Below, in pieces: positions 1 to 11,223 of a DNA stretch of 64,000 nucleotides (position 1 is the first letter of the stretch; each line of letters begins with the position of its first letter). The stretch comes from Candidatus Bathyarchaeota archaeon (GTDB taxonomy: Archaea; Thermoproteota; Bathyarchaeia; Bathyarchaeales; Bathycorpusculaceae). The translations under genes were made by a program, and so were the position numbers. The notes below the pieces were generated by a model. It was not told the origin of the DNA and searched no databases. It worked only from the letters and a program-made list of their open reading frames with translations. The stretch lies in contig CAWABA010000006.1 of NCBI GenBank assembly GCA_963780185.1, forward strand, positions 576,001 through 640,000. The letters are read 5' to 3'.

Positions 1-17
1 TTTTTATGGGCAAAAAA

Positions 18-164
18 TCAATGTCCTTCCTTTGAAGATTTATCCTTAGCAAGCAGGTATTCGACGTATTCTCTCATTGTACGATCGGTTTCCGCTGCTC
101 GCTTTCTGATGTCTTCATGGACTTTGTCCGTAACTGTTATGCATTTGTATCCTTTTCTCGGCAA
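18..164 (-). CDS. Small ribbon-helix-helix-like protein, 48 aa (not in ORF track)
   Basis: Manual translation from TTG164: MPRKGYKCITVTDKVHEDIRKRAAETDRTMREYVEYLLAKDKSSKEGH*; GGAGGAG SD upstream; strand-helix-helix pattern. Confidence 0.7.
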   Translation of the reverse strand: MPRKGYKCITVTDKVHEDIRKRAAETDRTMREYVEYLLAKDKSSKEGH

Positions 165-269
165 ACTCCCTATCTCCTCCCGTACTTTACAGTACCATGA
201 AATATATAATTAACGGTGAATCTTGAATATTATTAAAAGCTTATATTAATGTACGTCCGCTAACTAAGC

Positions 270-467
270 TTGAGAGGGGAACATAAAACGCCGAAAAAAG
301 GCTACAAAAGCATCACTGTAAAGACGGAGGTCTACGATTACTTTTTTAGCGAGTGGCTTAAAGTCAAAGAGGAATACGCCATAAAGAAGGGAATTCGCAG
401 TTTTTCGGCGTACGTTACCTACCGTTTGGCGCAGCTTATGGCGGAAGACAAGAAACTGACAAAGTAA
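270..467 (+). CDS. Small RHH-like DNA-binding protein, paralog of the divergent gene
   Basis: PKKGYKSITV matches PRKGYKCITV; start may be ACG288 after GAGAGGGGA. Confidence 0.7.
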   Translation: MRGEHKTPKKGYKSITVKTEVYDYFFSEWLKVKEEYAIKKGIRSFSAYVTYRLAQLMAEDKKLTK

Positions 468-533
468 ACAGAGCCACCGCCAGCCCCTACAAGTTTAAAT
501 ATGCTTGCGATGACTTGTCAACCGTGAATACCC

Positions 534-1532
534 ATGCCTTGCACCGTAATTGTCGGCGCCTTCTGGGGAGACGAAGGCAAAGGAAAAATAATATCCTACT
601 TAGCGCTTAAAGACAACCTTGATTTCTGCGTCAGAACCGGCTCCGTGAACGCGGCACACACGGTTTGGTTTGAAGGCAAAAAATACGCCCTACACATGGT
701 CCCAGCGGCCTTCATTAACCCTAAAACCCGTCTGCTAATCGCGGCAGGAGCAAACGTTGATGTTAAGACTTTTTTCAGCGAGGTTGAACTGACAGGTGTG
801 CAGGGGAGAATCGGCATTGACCAAAGCTCCTCGATAATTGAGGAAAAACACAGTGCTCAGGACAAGGCAAGCGCGGTTAACAAGGGCATCGGCACCACTG
901 GACGCGGCGTCGGACCCGCCATAGAAGAACGAGTACGCCGCACAGCAAAACTCGCCAAAGACATCCCCGAATTGAAACCGTACCTTGCCGACGAAGTTCA
1001 GGAAGTTAACGACGGCTTAGACGCAGGCAAAAGCGTGCTTTTGGAAGGAACACAGGGATTCATGCTTTCGCTGTTTTTGGGAGGCGGCTACCCCTACGTT
1101 ACAGGAAGAGATACGGGTGCCTCAGCCATCGCATCGGAGTCGGGAGTCGGACCTACTAGAGTCGACGATGTGCTAATCGTGTACAAATCATTCATCACCC
1201 GTGTCGGCGGTGGACCGTTGCCTGGAGAAATTTCAAAAGAAGAAGCGCAGAAAAGAGGCTGGTTTGAAACCGCGGCGGGAACAGGAAGAGACCGACGTTC
1301 AGCACCCTTTGACTTTGAATTGGCAAAGAAAACGGCGAAAATAAACGGCGCCACGCAAGCATCGCTCACCAAGCTAGATACCCTTTTCCCAACATGCAGA
1401 GGAGCCAAAAAATACAGTGATCTGCCAGCAGAAGCTAAAGCGTTCATAAAAGAGGTTGAAACCAGAACCGGCGTGCCAGTTGTTCTGATCGGGACTGGCC
1501 CCGAAGCGTTAGATATCGTTGACCGAAGGTAG
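534..1532 (+). CDS. purA: Adenylosuccinate synthetase (short archaeal type)
   Basis: GAFWGDEGKGK, GIGTTGRGVGP, LLEGTQG, YPYVT, TKLD motifs. Confidence 0.97.
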   Translation: MPCTVIVGAFWGDEGKGKIISYLALKDNLDFCVRTGSVNAAHTVWFEGKKYALHMVPAAFINPKTRLLIAAGANVDVKTFFSEVELTGVQGRIGIDQSSSIIEEKHSAQDKASAVNKGIGTTGRGVGPAIEERVRRTAKLAKDIPELKPYLADEVQEVNDGLDAGKSVLLEGTQGFMLSLFLGGGYPYVTGRDTGASAIASESGVGPTRVDDVLIVYKSFITRVGGGPLPGEISKEEAQKRGWFETAAGTGRDRRSAPFDFELAKKTAKINGATQASLTKLDTLFPTCRGAKKYSDLPAEAKAFIKEVETRTGVPVVLIGTGPEALDIVDRR

Positions 1533-1711
1533 CGTTTTTACGCTGCCGTTCCTGTAACATTTGAGGTCGTCAGCGGCAATCGGCGGCAGGATAAAGAAAG
1601 ATGAAGCCCAGGCCCTTACAGGCGAGGGAAAAATTAAGGGTTCCTCATATTACTTGGCAGTAAAACGGGTTAATGAAAGAATAAACTTCGCAACGTCTAT
1701 TCCGAAGCGAG

Positions 1712-2014
1712 TCAAATTCTATGCCATTGTGGTTTTAGCGGTTCGTTTTCAGCTTTGTTTGTTTGCGGTGCATTCTCCTCTTTTAAGTCAAAATGGTCTC
1801 TTTCAACCGCCAAATTGATTATCTTTTGAGAATAGCATGCAGAGCAGTAATGTTTTCCATCTATTTCATAAAGCGTACGTGATACAACGCTGATAGTTTC
1901 GTTGCATTCGGCGCAATGGATAAATTTGGTTTCCTGCCCTATTTTTTCATCTGATTTTCTTTCGTTTACGAAAATATTAGTTTGCGGTTTGAAATGTTCA
2001 CTGTCCCAACCCAT
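1712..2014 (-). CDS. Small putative zinc-finger protein
   Basis: CAEC-x17-CSAC. Confidence 0.55.
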   Translation of the reverse strand: MGWDSEHFKPQTNIFVNERKSDEKIGQETKFIHCAECNETISVVSRTLYEIDGKHYCSACYSQKIINLAVERDHFDLKEENAPQTNKAENEPLKPQWHRI

Positions 2015-2203
2015 GGTTTTCCTTTCCTCCAGACTGAGACAAGATGTTTAGCATGTCTTGCGGTAAAAAGCTTTCCACATTCCATCCGATAAGAAAAGTT
2101 CTTTTTTCTGTGGTAACTGAAAGATTGCTTTTTTCTCAGAATTTTTCTGCGGGTATTATTATGGAAAAGTCTTATTAGGTTATTGAATTTCATGTATGTC
2201 AAC

Positions 2204-3610
2204 ATGAGATTTAAGCAACTGTCGATTTTGCTTGTTATCTTGCTGGTTTCGCCTTTAGTCATAAATTGTTTCTCGGCGGCTAAGGCTCAACCCGCGCAGA
2301 CGTCGCCTGACCTTTATTTTGGCGTTGACGTCGCGTTCGCAAGCATCCCTGTAACTGAACAATTGATTGATAACATTAGTTCCTACACTAATTTCTTCAT
2401 TATTGGATGCGCCGAAAAGATAGGCAACAACTTCTACGGCGGCGGAATCTACAATGAAACAAGGCTTAGCATCGTTAGCCAGTATGCTTACGACAAAGGT
2501 TTAAGTTTCATAGTTTACAGCGACGACCTTAGTTACCCCTCGAAGCAATGGCTTGAAAATGCCACTGTGGATTTTGGCAAAAGCTTCATGGGAATCTATT
2601 ATTTTGACGAGCCGGGAGGGAAAACGCTTGACCAAGCTGCTTACCCTGTGCTGCTTTCTGCGAACAACTTTACTGACGCGGCTGACCAGTATGTTCGAAC
2701 TTTGAATACTTGGGTTCGCGGTCCGCAGTTGGGGATAACCCGCAATTTTGATTACCCAACAGAATATCCGCTGTTTACTTCAGATTACGGGTTGTACTGG
2801 TACGATTACCAAGCGGGGTACAACACGGTTTTTGCGGAGTTCGGGGTTAACAGCGGAAGCGAAAACTACAGTCGACAGTTAAGTATGGCTCTCTGCAGGG
2901 GAGCAGCCTCCGAATTTAATCAGAACTGGGGAGTTATGATAACTTGGTCATCTACCAAGTATCCTTACATGGAAAATAGCACGGATCTTTACAATGACAT
3001 GGTGCTGGCATACCAGAACGACGCAAAATACATAGTTGTTTTTGACACTAACGCGAACTGGACTCAAAACGTCTTGGATTCTAAACAGCTTGACGCGATG
3101 AAGCTGTTTTGGCAGTATGCTCAGGCTAACCCGAGGACTGTGAGACAACCAAGTGACCGTTCGGTTTATGTTCTTCCGCAAGACTTCGGCTTTGGTTTTC
3201 GTAGCCCCAACGACACAATTTTCGGGTTATGGAATGCCAATTGGAACGGTACAGCTTCTCTTACTTTTGTCGCTGACATCAGCATGTGTGTAGTCTCTTT
3301 TCTGCAGATGCTTGGCTCTAAACTGGACATAGTCTACCCGGTCACTAACGGAACCGTTGAGTCGGTTGGGTACAAGAACGTGATTTACTGGAACGATACT
3401 TCGCTTGTGCCGAACATGCCGAGCATGCCACTTTCAAGCCATGCCGTAGGCATCTACAAGCCGCCGCCCATCGCACCATTCCACCGAAAAACCACACAAA
3501 CCAACGACACAACGATGAATGAAGTCTACGTAATCGTCGCTGCCATTGCAGTTGGCGTTACCATTGGCGGAGTAACTTTAACGATTAGAAAACGCCGCTT
3601 ATCCGCTTGA
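2204..3610 (+). CDS. Secreted, C-terminally membrane-anchored protein, possible glycoside-hydrolase-like barrel
   Basis: Signal peptide, C-terminal TM helix + RKRR, many N-x-S/T sites, FDEPGG and FAEFG motifs; ORF track start 2183. Confidence 0.75.
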   Translation: MRFKQLSILLVILLVSPLVINCFSAAKAQPAQTSPDLYFGVDVAFASIPVTEQLIDNISSYTNFFIIGCAEKIGNNFYGGGIYNETRLSIVSQYAYDKGLSFIVYSDDLSYPSKQWLENATVDFGKSFMGIYYFDEPGGKTLDQAAYPVLLSANNFTDAADQYVRTLNTWVRGPQLGITRNFDYPTEYPLFTSDYGLYWYDYQAGYNTVFAEFGVNSGSENYSRQLSMALCRGAASEFNQNWGVMITWSSTKYPYMENSTDLYNDMVLAYQNDAKYIVVFDTNANWTQNVLDSKQLDAMKLFWQYAQANPRTVRQPSDRSVYVLPQDFGFGFRSPNDTIFGLWNANWNGTASLTFVADISMCVVSFLQMLGSKLDIVYPVTNGTVESVGYKNVIYWNDTSLVPNMPSMPLSSHAVGIYKPPPIAPFHRKTTQTNDTTMNEVYVIVAAIAVGVTIGGVTLTIRKRRLSA

Positions 3611-3633
3611 ACTCGCATCAGAAGTTTTTGGTG

Positions 3634-4889
3634 CTACGTAAAGTAGGATGGTTGCACTGCTGCTTGGATGGTTGAGCATGCGATGAACGTTGAGTTTTCA
3701 GCTGCATTGAGGCTTATTGATAGGTACCGTGCGTTGCTGAACCATTGGTTGTTTCCTTCGCTGAGGGCTTGATTGTCTTTTGCAATGCTTTGGAAAGCAG
3801 TTAAAAACGCGTTAGCCGCGCTACTGCTGTTCCACTCTATTTTCCAGGTGAAAAGGTAGCTGCTGTTGTCGCCGCCGTTTTGGTAATAGGTGAAGCTGTC
3901 GCCTATCCAGCCTGCTGAAATGGTTTGGGCTTGGCTCTGTGTAAGCCAGTTGCCCAGGAGGTCTTCGATGAAGTATTCGCCGTAGGTGTTGTAGTTTTGT
4001 CCGTAACTTGTCTGCATCTGAGTCCAGTTCCCGCCTGACGGCGTTGGCAGCGTAACAGGTTTGGCGGTGACGTTTTCAAAGTATTCTTCTGGGTTAAGTA
4101 TCTGCGCTGTGGTGCTTGGAACGTATCCTGAGGTGTAGGCTCGGTTGACCGTGGCGAAGCCGCCGCTCTGATGCAACGCGTTAATGAAGATGCCGCCTTG
4201 CGTGTAGGGGAAATAATCCAAGTTTGAAAGCGTGTCAGGATGAAGGTCGGAGAGCGTGATGATGTCGGCTGGGAAACCTGGGGTTGAGCTGTGACGTCGG
4301 CTTTGATTGCGCCTGTTTTGGTCAGGTTCGTGTACGTGTCAGCCATGAAGGAGGCGTCGCCTTCTATGAGGGCTGTGTGTGCTTTGTCTTCGTCAAACGT
4401 GGTTGGCGAAGGAAGATTTGATTGCCAAATGTGGGTTAATTCATGCACAAAAGTGGCTTCGGAGCTCGGCAGGTCCCATGGGTTAAAGTTTTCTTTTACA
4501 ACGTAAATCTTGCCTTCCCAAGTTGCCGCTACATAGTTTCCTGCCCAATCAACTTCGGCTTGGTAGAGGCTGCGGTTCTGCGGAATCAAAAAGAGCCCTT
4601 GATAGATGTTTTGCTGTATCGTAATTGCCTGCAGGTTCTGCTGTGCGTAGCCTTTGCCCCAAGTGTCAATCGCCCACTGCTTGGTAACCACCTCAAGATC
4701 AACTCTGGGAAGCGTCCCATTTCGGATTTGCTCCCAGGCGCCATAAGCATTGTTAAATATTTTTTGGGCTTGGGCCTTGTAAGCCGCCATGCTTGGACTC
4801 GGCTGGTTAACAACGATGAATAACGTTACCGCCACGACAGCGATGACGAGGCAGGTGGCAGCAACCACGATTTTTCTTTTGAAATTCAA
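3634..4889 (-). CDS. Membrane-anchored putative zinc metallopeptidase, frameshifted near 4275
   Basis: N-terminal TM, VHELTH (HExxH), ALIEGDA; continues in another frame through LDYFPYTQG and PSTTAQILNPEEY. Confidence 0.75.
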
Positions 4890-4992
4890 ACGCTCACCCG
4901 AAGCATTACAGTTAGGCGGTTTAGGAGTCGAGCAAAAAATAAACGTTTCCCCAAATGGCTAAAAAATGCCGTTTTAGGGTGTGTTTGGAAAG

Positions 4993-6585
4993 TTAGCCAA
5001 GGCATTTGCGGATTTTTGCGGCTTCAAGCAGCGCTTTCTTTGCCTCGGCGTCTTCTTTGTGCAGGTAGCTGAGCAGGAAGTTGTTTGTGAAGTTTTCGTG
5101 TTTCCGTCCGCAGACGTTTTTAGGTCCAAGTTTTATGCCTAAGTTCCGCTTCGACCGTTTTCAGGTCTTCGAGGCTGTTCTGGAGGGCTTTTCTAACTGT
5201 TCCCTCGCTCATGTTGGCTCTTTTTGCCAGTTGGTTTCCCATTTCCAGAAGCATGCTTATGTTTTCCCAAGAAACATATTCGCCGATGAGTTTGAGGTCA
5301 GTCTCCATTTTCACGTAGTACTTTTTTAGAAGCTGGGTTTCTTTGTCGTTTAACTGGTTGAGTGCTCTTAAACCGATAAATTCAGGCGGTAACCCGACGC
5401 TGTACAGGGACGCGGAGAAAGAAATTGCCCGTGGCAAACTTACTCCCGCAACGCTTCTGCTGTAGCCGAAGAGCCCGATGTGGAGTTTTCTTGCTCTTCT
5501 CTGCAGGAACATAGGCTGAAACCGTGTTTATGAACGGAGCCATTAACTCGATTTGGCTCTCGTACTCTTGCCTGCATTTGGAAAGAACTCCCAGAAGGCT
5601 CTGTTCCTCGTCGGCGGTGACGGCTTCTGGTTCGCCGTTTGGAAGCCGCTGATTTAGGCAATCGATGCCTTCCTTTACCTGTGCAAGGGGGTAATCGTAC
5701 CTGAATGCTGATTGCACAGTTACAGTCGATACGCCTCTGTATTCTTCCAAGGAAGTTATCGATGTTTTCTGGTGAAAGATGCCCCCTGAACGGCTTTGAG
5801 CCAACTCCCATGATGGGTTCGATTGGCGTGTTTTGTTGTTTTTCTACTTGCTTGAGTTTGCTTAGGGCTATTTTGGTTAGCAAAACGGCACATAACAATC
5901 CATAGTTTAAAGCGGGGTCGGATCTTGCGAGGAAAACCCTTTGACGCGCAGGCTTAACCGAGTTCAAGTAGGGTAATATTACGTTGTCGACGTGCAGTAT
6001 GCTGTCGAAGTCTTCGACTAGGGGAATTACCTTTATTGTTTTTGGGTGGAAGGACCCTAGCCAATCCTTGGTTTTTGTGGATTCGTAAAGGGTTAATTCT
6101 TCGTCGGCGATTATGGCTTTTTTGTAGTAGTTTAGAAGCATGATGAGTTCTTGGGCGTCGGTTGTGAAAGGCAAGATGACTTCGAAAATGGGGGTAACTG
6201 GCCGCTTGTACATTAAGGAGGCGACGTCGTAGGCGACGGGGATGTTTTGGAGGGTTTCCATGAAGAATTTGCGTTCGGCACCCTCGATTTTCGGGTTAGG
6301 TATCCTGTATGTTAAGTAAACGTCTTCGCCTATGGTGTGGGCTGAAAAGTAATCCCAATGCTTCTGCAAAAGCTTACGAACGACCCGTGTGTCTGTGTCT
6401 TTGCCTTCTGAATCCCACATTACCTCTTGACAACCCAACGTGCTGTAAGAGTAGAAGGCTTCATACACCTCTGCCGTCCCGTTGATAACCTCTTCTGTGC
6501 TCCATTCTGGAATGGCAGCGTTGTCAGGGTGCTGAGTAGACATCGTTGCCGGAGCCTTATGCTGATCAATAAATTTGCTGTTCAT
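4993..6585 (-). CDS. ppcA: Archaeal-type phosphoenolpyruvate carboxylase, three +1 indels (~5746, ~5504, ~5140)
   Basis: MSTQHPDNA, MWDSEGK, FLARSDPALNYG, PFRGHLSP, TVQSAFRYD, LPRAISF, C-terminal IRKCLG. Confidence 0.93.
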
Positions 6586-6845
6586 TTTAAGCCCACTACA
6601 TTATGCTTAATCTTCAGCAAAGACAGAGGGTTTTATTTTAATTTTGCAGTTCAACCAGCGCATGTCGCCATACAAATCACCCATTATTTCGACTCAACCG
6701 CAAGGGCGTCCGAAGCCGCATCGGCCTCAGGCACCGAGAAGTGTTGGGTTTGAAGAAACGGGAGGCTTCGCGTTTGGTAGAAAATATGGCAAACTTTTAA
6801 TAACAATAAACAGGAAACTATTGCAACGCTTGGAGTAGGCTAAAC

Positions 6846-7817
6846 TTGAAAAAAACCATCACCGCCATAATCCTTGCAGCTTTAATCTTGGCTGCGTTTC
6901 CCATCCTGATTGTACCGAATGCGAAAGCGAGTGCCGCAGAGGCTAATGTTGTGTCTTACAGTTATTACACCGCTTCTGCGAATAGTCTTCTGGCTGCAAA
7001 GGCTGGTGACTTGGTTGTTGTCGGCGAAATTCAGAATGTCGGTTCAAACATCATTCAGAACGTAACGTTAACCGGGACAGCTTACAACTCCAACGGGACT
7101 GAACTTGGCACCGGCCAAGGGACAGCGTTCGTGTATGAAACAATCCCTAACGGGAGAGCCCCCTTCAGCATAGATATTGCGCCGCAAAGCAGCAGTACAA
7201 GTCAAATTGCGGCTTCTTCAGTTGGCTCTGTCACCGTGACGGTTCTCTCCGTGACTGACACCGTTGTGCCTCCCTACTCAGGCTTTAAGGTTCCAGCGAC
7301 TCCTACCGCCTTCAACAACAGCGGCGTCTACACCACTGTGGGCACAATAGTCAACAACGGCTCGCAGACGTTAGGGTACATTTGGGTTGTAACCACCTTC
7401 TACAACAACGCGCACACGGTTGTAGGTTTGAACTTTACAAATTACGTGAATACTCCCCTTGCACCTCTCAGTCCAGGTCACGCGACAAGATGGGTCGCTA
7501 CACCCATAGACAACACAATGGACCTAAGCAATGAAATAGCGTCATCCTCATACGTGATTGACTCAATGCCATATTCAACTTCGACGTCGACGGCTACGCC
7601 AACTCCGACTGGCTCAGGTTCATCTTCGCCGTTTCCAACGCTACCCGTAGTCGTCGTGGTAGTTGTCGTTGTCGTTGCAGTTGTGGCTTTGATGTTGCTA
7701 AGAAAACGGCAAGGAACAGAGACCCCGCTGCCTCCACCGCCACCTCCACCACCAACGCCCGAAGCCACCGAAAACCCAAGCACTTCTTCTGTTTTTTTCT
7801 TAAGAAGCCCTTCTTAA
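6846..7817 (+). CDS. Secreted protein with two FxLYD-like Ig domains, TM anchor and poly-Pro tail
   Basis: Signal peptide; VVGEIQNVG..TAYN and TVGTIVNNG..TFYN repeats; poly-Val TM; P9 tract. Confidence 0.75.
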   Translation: MKKTITAIILAALILAAFPILIVPNAKASAAEANVVSYSYYTASANSLLAAKAGDLVVVGEIQNVGSNIIQNVTLTGTAYNSNGTELGTGQGTAFVYETIPNGRAPFSIDIAPQSSSTSQIAASSVGSVTVTVLSVTDTVVPPYSGFKVPATPTAFNNSGVYTTVGTIVNNGSQTLGYIWVVTTFYNNAHTVVGLNFTNYVNTPLAPLSPGHATRWVATPIDNTMDLSNEIASSSYVIDSMPYSTSTSTATPTPTGSGSSSPFPTLPVVVVVVVVVVAVVALMLLRKRQGTETPLPPPPPPPPTPEATENPSTSSVFFLRSPS

Positions 7818-7902
7818 AGTTAAACTGAAAAAGCTAAAATGCTTTTTGCGAAATAGCCCAACAACAAATTTTTCATTTAGAAATAAGCAGCTGAAGTGTG
7901 GG

Positions 7903-8700
7903 TTATGTACCAAATCTGCGTTTTCGGAGTTGGAATGTTCTGATGGCTCTAAGAAGGTCGATTAAGCGAAAGTCTGGCCAATAGACATCCAAAAAGAGCA
8001 GTTCGCTGTAGGCGGCTTGCCAAAGCAAAAACCCGCTTAACCGTGTTTCGCCTGAAGTACGTATAATCATGTCTGGATCCTGCTTATCCATATGCGAAGT
8101 GTAAAGGTACTTACCAAACGTATCCTCTGTAACGTCAGATATCTCCAACTCGCCATCCTTAACTTTCTGAGCGATGGTTTTAGCTGCATCCACAATTTCC
8201 GCTCTGCCGCCGTAAGCAAAAGCAAAATTCCAGAAATAGCAATCGTAATCCGCAGTGGCTTTTTCAATGTCCGCGATGGCTTCCTGCAGAGCTTTGGGCA
8301 GAAGGTTAACTCTTCCGATAATTTTCACGTGGACTTTGTCGCGGTGTAGGCGTTCGTCTTTGAGCAGTTTGCGGAATCTTTCCTCGGCAATCTGCATAAT
8401 TTTTTCCACTTCCTCCGATTTGCGAGAAAAATTCTCTGTGGAAAACGTGTAAAGAGTCACGTATTTAACATCAAGCATGTGGGTCCAATCTAGGAGCAAC
8501 TCAACCGTGTCGGCGCCTTGCCTGTGACCATACTTATCCTGCGCGAGCATAGGGTCAGGTTCCTGCCCGTTTGCCCACCGCCTGTTTCCATCCAAAATTA
8601 TGGCGATATGTTCAGGCTTTATTCCGCCTTTCACCTGCTGCCAAAGCCACTTCTCATAAAGCTTGTATGCACCGATGAAAGAAAGCATTTTTTTAAGCAT
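7903..8700 (-). CDS. uppS: cis-prenyltransferase (polyprenyl diphosphate synthase)
   Basis: HIAIILDGNRRWA, FSTENF, YGGRAEI, IRTSGETRLSGFLLWQ, RRFG; ORF track start 8781. Confidence 0.96.
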   Translation of the reverse strand: MLKKMLSFIGAYKLYEKWLWQQVKGGIKPEHIAIILDGNRRWANGQEPDPMLAQDKYGHRQGADTVELLLDWTHMLDVKYVTLYTFSTENFSRKSEEVEKIMQIAEERFRKLLKDERLHRDKVHVKIIGRVNLLPKALQEAIADIEKATADYDCYFWNFAFAYGGRAEIVDAAKTIAQKVKDGELEISDVTEDTFGKYLYTSHMDKQDPDMIIRTSGETRLSGFLLWQAAYSELLFLDVYWPDFRLIDLLRAIRTFQLRKRRFGT

Positions 8701-8824
8701 TAAGCCTGACTCCGCAAGTTGGATGTTTGTTTGGATGATAGGTTGGATATTTGCATTATGTTTAACCCTGAATTCTTTCAAATAAGTCTTGCTCTAATCC
8801 AAGGGAATAACGTCGGGGATTTCT

Positions 8825-10060
8825 TTATTTAGTGACTTCGTCCTTTTCGGGTTTTTGGAAAAAGTCTTTGGACGACCTGTTGACGATGAAGATCAACAGT
8901 ACCGACGCTATGCCGATGAGGATTCCTACTATGACTGTGTAGATGAACACGGAGAAGATTGGGTCGTTAAGAACAGAAACTGCTCCTCCGCCTGACTTAA
9001 TCGGGTTATAGAGCACGTTTGCTGTTGCATCAAGAATCCAGCGCATCCACGCGATTGAAACGATTAAGCCGACGTTACGCAGCATCCTTGAATCCCGCTC
9101 AAAGTACAGACGCACACTTCGCCCAAAAAGAACTATGATTACGCCAATAACTATCAGGGTTTCTACTCCTTTGATAAAGAACGTAGCTATTTTGGGGGCT
9201 GCGGCGACCCAGCCTTCGAAAGAAGTCGGAAACGGCGCCCCGTTAATGTTTACGTTTTGAACCCCCAGATAAACGCTGACTGCGATGCATAGGATTCCTG
9301 CGAAAACCGTGTAGTTTGAGATTTGCATGGGCAGCGACGGCGGCGAATACTCCCTGACCCATGTAACCGCTTCTTTAGCTGACTTGTCAACGCCGAAGCC
9401 TTTGATAAGCAAGAAGCCGCCGATAACGATTACAATGGCAATCCCGAAGTAGGCAATAGCACCGGGATAAACGTAGTTGTTGATAGCCCAAAGAATGCCG
9501 AAAATTAAGACCAATAATCCAGGCAGACCAAGCGCTATACGTGCGTACCGTGGGTTTTCCACCAGCAATTTAGCATATTTGGTGAAGACCGCTGCTGTTT
9601 CCTCGATTGATTCACTATGCTTTATCACTATACGCCGAACCGAAGACACGGGCACTCTGGATTCTACCAGCGGCAGCACTGCCTCGTCAGAGTAGCCGTC
9701 TGAAACCAGAATAACCTCGCTGGCGTTGAAGGAGTCAAGCAGGTTATTTAGTTCAGCAACGAGTTTTCTGTCTGCACTGACCCCGCCGAGCTCCGAGCCC
9801 GATATGGTTGCGACTTCAAAAATTTCTTCAGGCAACTTCTCGTTCTGCAGCCTGTCATGGAGACGCACCGCCTCAAACATGGCGTTCGCATCAGGTTCCT
9901 CAGGATCCTTTAAAGCTAATGCAACGGCTCCGTCCAGATTGGCGGTTCGTCCAAGAAGCGGCGTCTTAACTCCCGCTTTAACTTCTAGGTCGCCGTCTCG
10001 ATCGACACATAAAATCAGGATACGCTTTTGCGTCTGATCTTGCGTTTCCTTCTTAGCCAT
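8825..10060 (-). CDS. DUF373 family membrane protein
   Basis: ILCVDRDGDL, DPEEPDANA, VSDGYSDE, multiple TM helices. Confidence 0.88.
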   Translation of the reverse strand: MAKKETQDQTQKRILILCVDRDGDLEVKAGVKTPLLGRTANLDGAVALALKDPEEPDANAMFEAVRLHDRLQNEKLPEEIFEVATISGSELGGVSADRKLVAELNNLLDSFNASEVILVSDGYSDEAVLPLVESRVPVSSVRRIVIKHSESIEETAAVFTKYAKLLVENPRYARIALGLPGLLVLIFGILWAINNYVYPGAIAYFGIAIVIVIGGFLLIKGFGVDKSAKEAVTWVREYSPPSLPMQISNYTVFAGILCIAVSVYLGVQNVNINGAPFPTSFEGWVAAAPKIATFFIKGVETLIVIGVIIVLFGRSVRLYFERDSRMLRNVGLIVSIAWMRWILDATANVLYNPIKSGGGAVSVLNDPIFSVFIYTVIVGILIGIASVLLIFIVNRSSKDFFQKPEKDEVTK

Positions 10061-10095
10061 CTGGACTTCAATCCAATATTACTTTCGAGTTAACT

Positions 10096-11053
10096 TTAAT
10101 CTTGTGCTTCCGAATCCTCTTTTGAGTCTTCACCCATCATAAGCTGAAACTCATCCCAACTTACCTCTTCGCCTTTCTGAAGTTTTTCCCTCGCTTCAGC
10201 GCTAATCTTCTCTTTGATTGCTTGCTCCTTTTCCTTGAGTGCTTGCGCCCTCTCCTTGTTGGCGCTTTGCTGTTCCTGATTAGTCTTTTCATAGGCGGCT
10301 CTTTCGGTTGCCCTGGTTTCGGCTTCAGCTTTGGCTTCCTTCGCCAATTCGGCTTTTACACTGTTAAGTTGTCCAATTAACTCCCCGATTTTTTCGTATA
10401 TTTGCGGAATCGTTTCGTCTTTTGTTTTGATGTAAAGTTGATGTTGACCGTCGGCTTGAGCTCTGCTGTTCTTCATAACGTTTACTTTTTCAATCATTTT
10501 CGAGTGGATTTCTTGGCTTTTAGCGGCTAACTCTGTTACTTCCTTATGGTAAACTGATGCTTGCTCGTCGAACGTTTTTCTCTGAGCCAATGCGGCTTTG
10601 ATTTTCTTGTTCTGCGTGTCGATTTTCTTGTAGCCGCTCAGCATTATTTCAAGCTGTTTAACATTCTCTATGAGGCCTTTTTCTTCTTTTAAGTCAAGGG
10701 AAGTGGTCGAAATCTTCCATTCAATTGCGTCATGCTCTTCCTGTAAATTGCGTTGGCTTTCGCGTGGAAGAGTCTTTTTAAGTTCAGCGATTTTGTCTCT
10801 GGCGATTTTTATTTCTTCGTTAAGCGGGTCGGATTGAACCCTGATTGCGTCCCTTTGACTTTTGAGTAGGCTGACTTTTTCGTTTATTTGGTCGCGTTCG
10901 GCTTTTAACGCATTAATCTCGTCTCTTGCCTTCTTTACTTCCTCGTTCAGCTCGTTTCGTCTATCAACGCAGTTCTTTGATCTGTACGTTTGCGTTGTTA
11001 GCTTCTTCTCTGAGTTTTTGGATTTGCTGGATGATTTCTTGTTTTGAATTCAT
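10096..11053 (-). CDS. Archaeal coiled-coil protein (COG1340-like), frameshift near 10977
   Basis: Manual extension MNSKQEII...RNELNEEVKK...IEWKISTTSLDLKEEK joins the 10644 ORF; C-terminal KLQKGEEVSWDEF. Confidence 0.8.
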
Positions 11054-11223
11054 GTTTTGTTCTTTTGTCACGAGGAAGCCTCTGATACCACTTTCATAGT
11101 GTCGTAGCGGTGGAATTTATAACGATTATCCATAATAAACATTCTTTTTATGGGGTAAAGATCGGTTTGGCTTATAATTTTTAAATACATGGTGCACCCA
11201 TTGTGAGGTTGAGATGTACAGTT

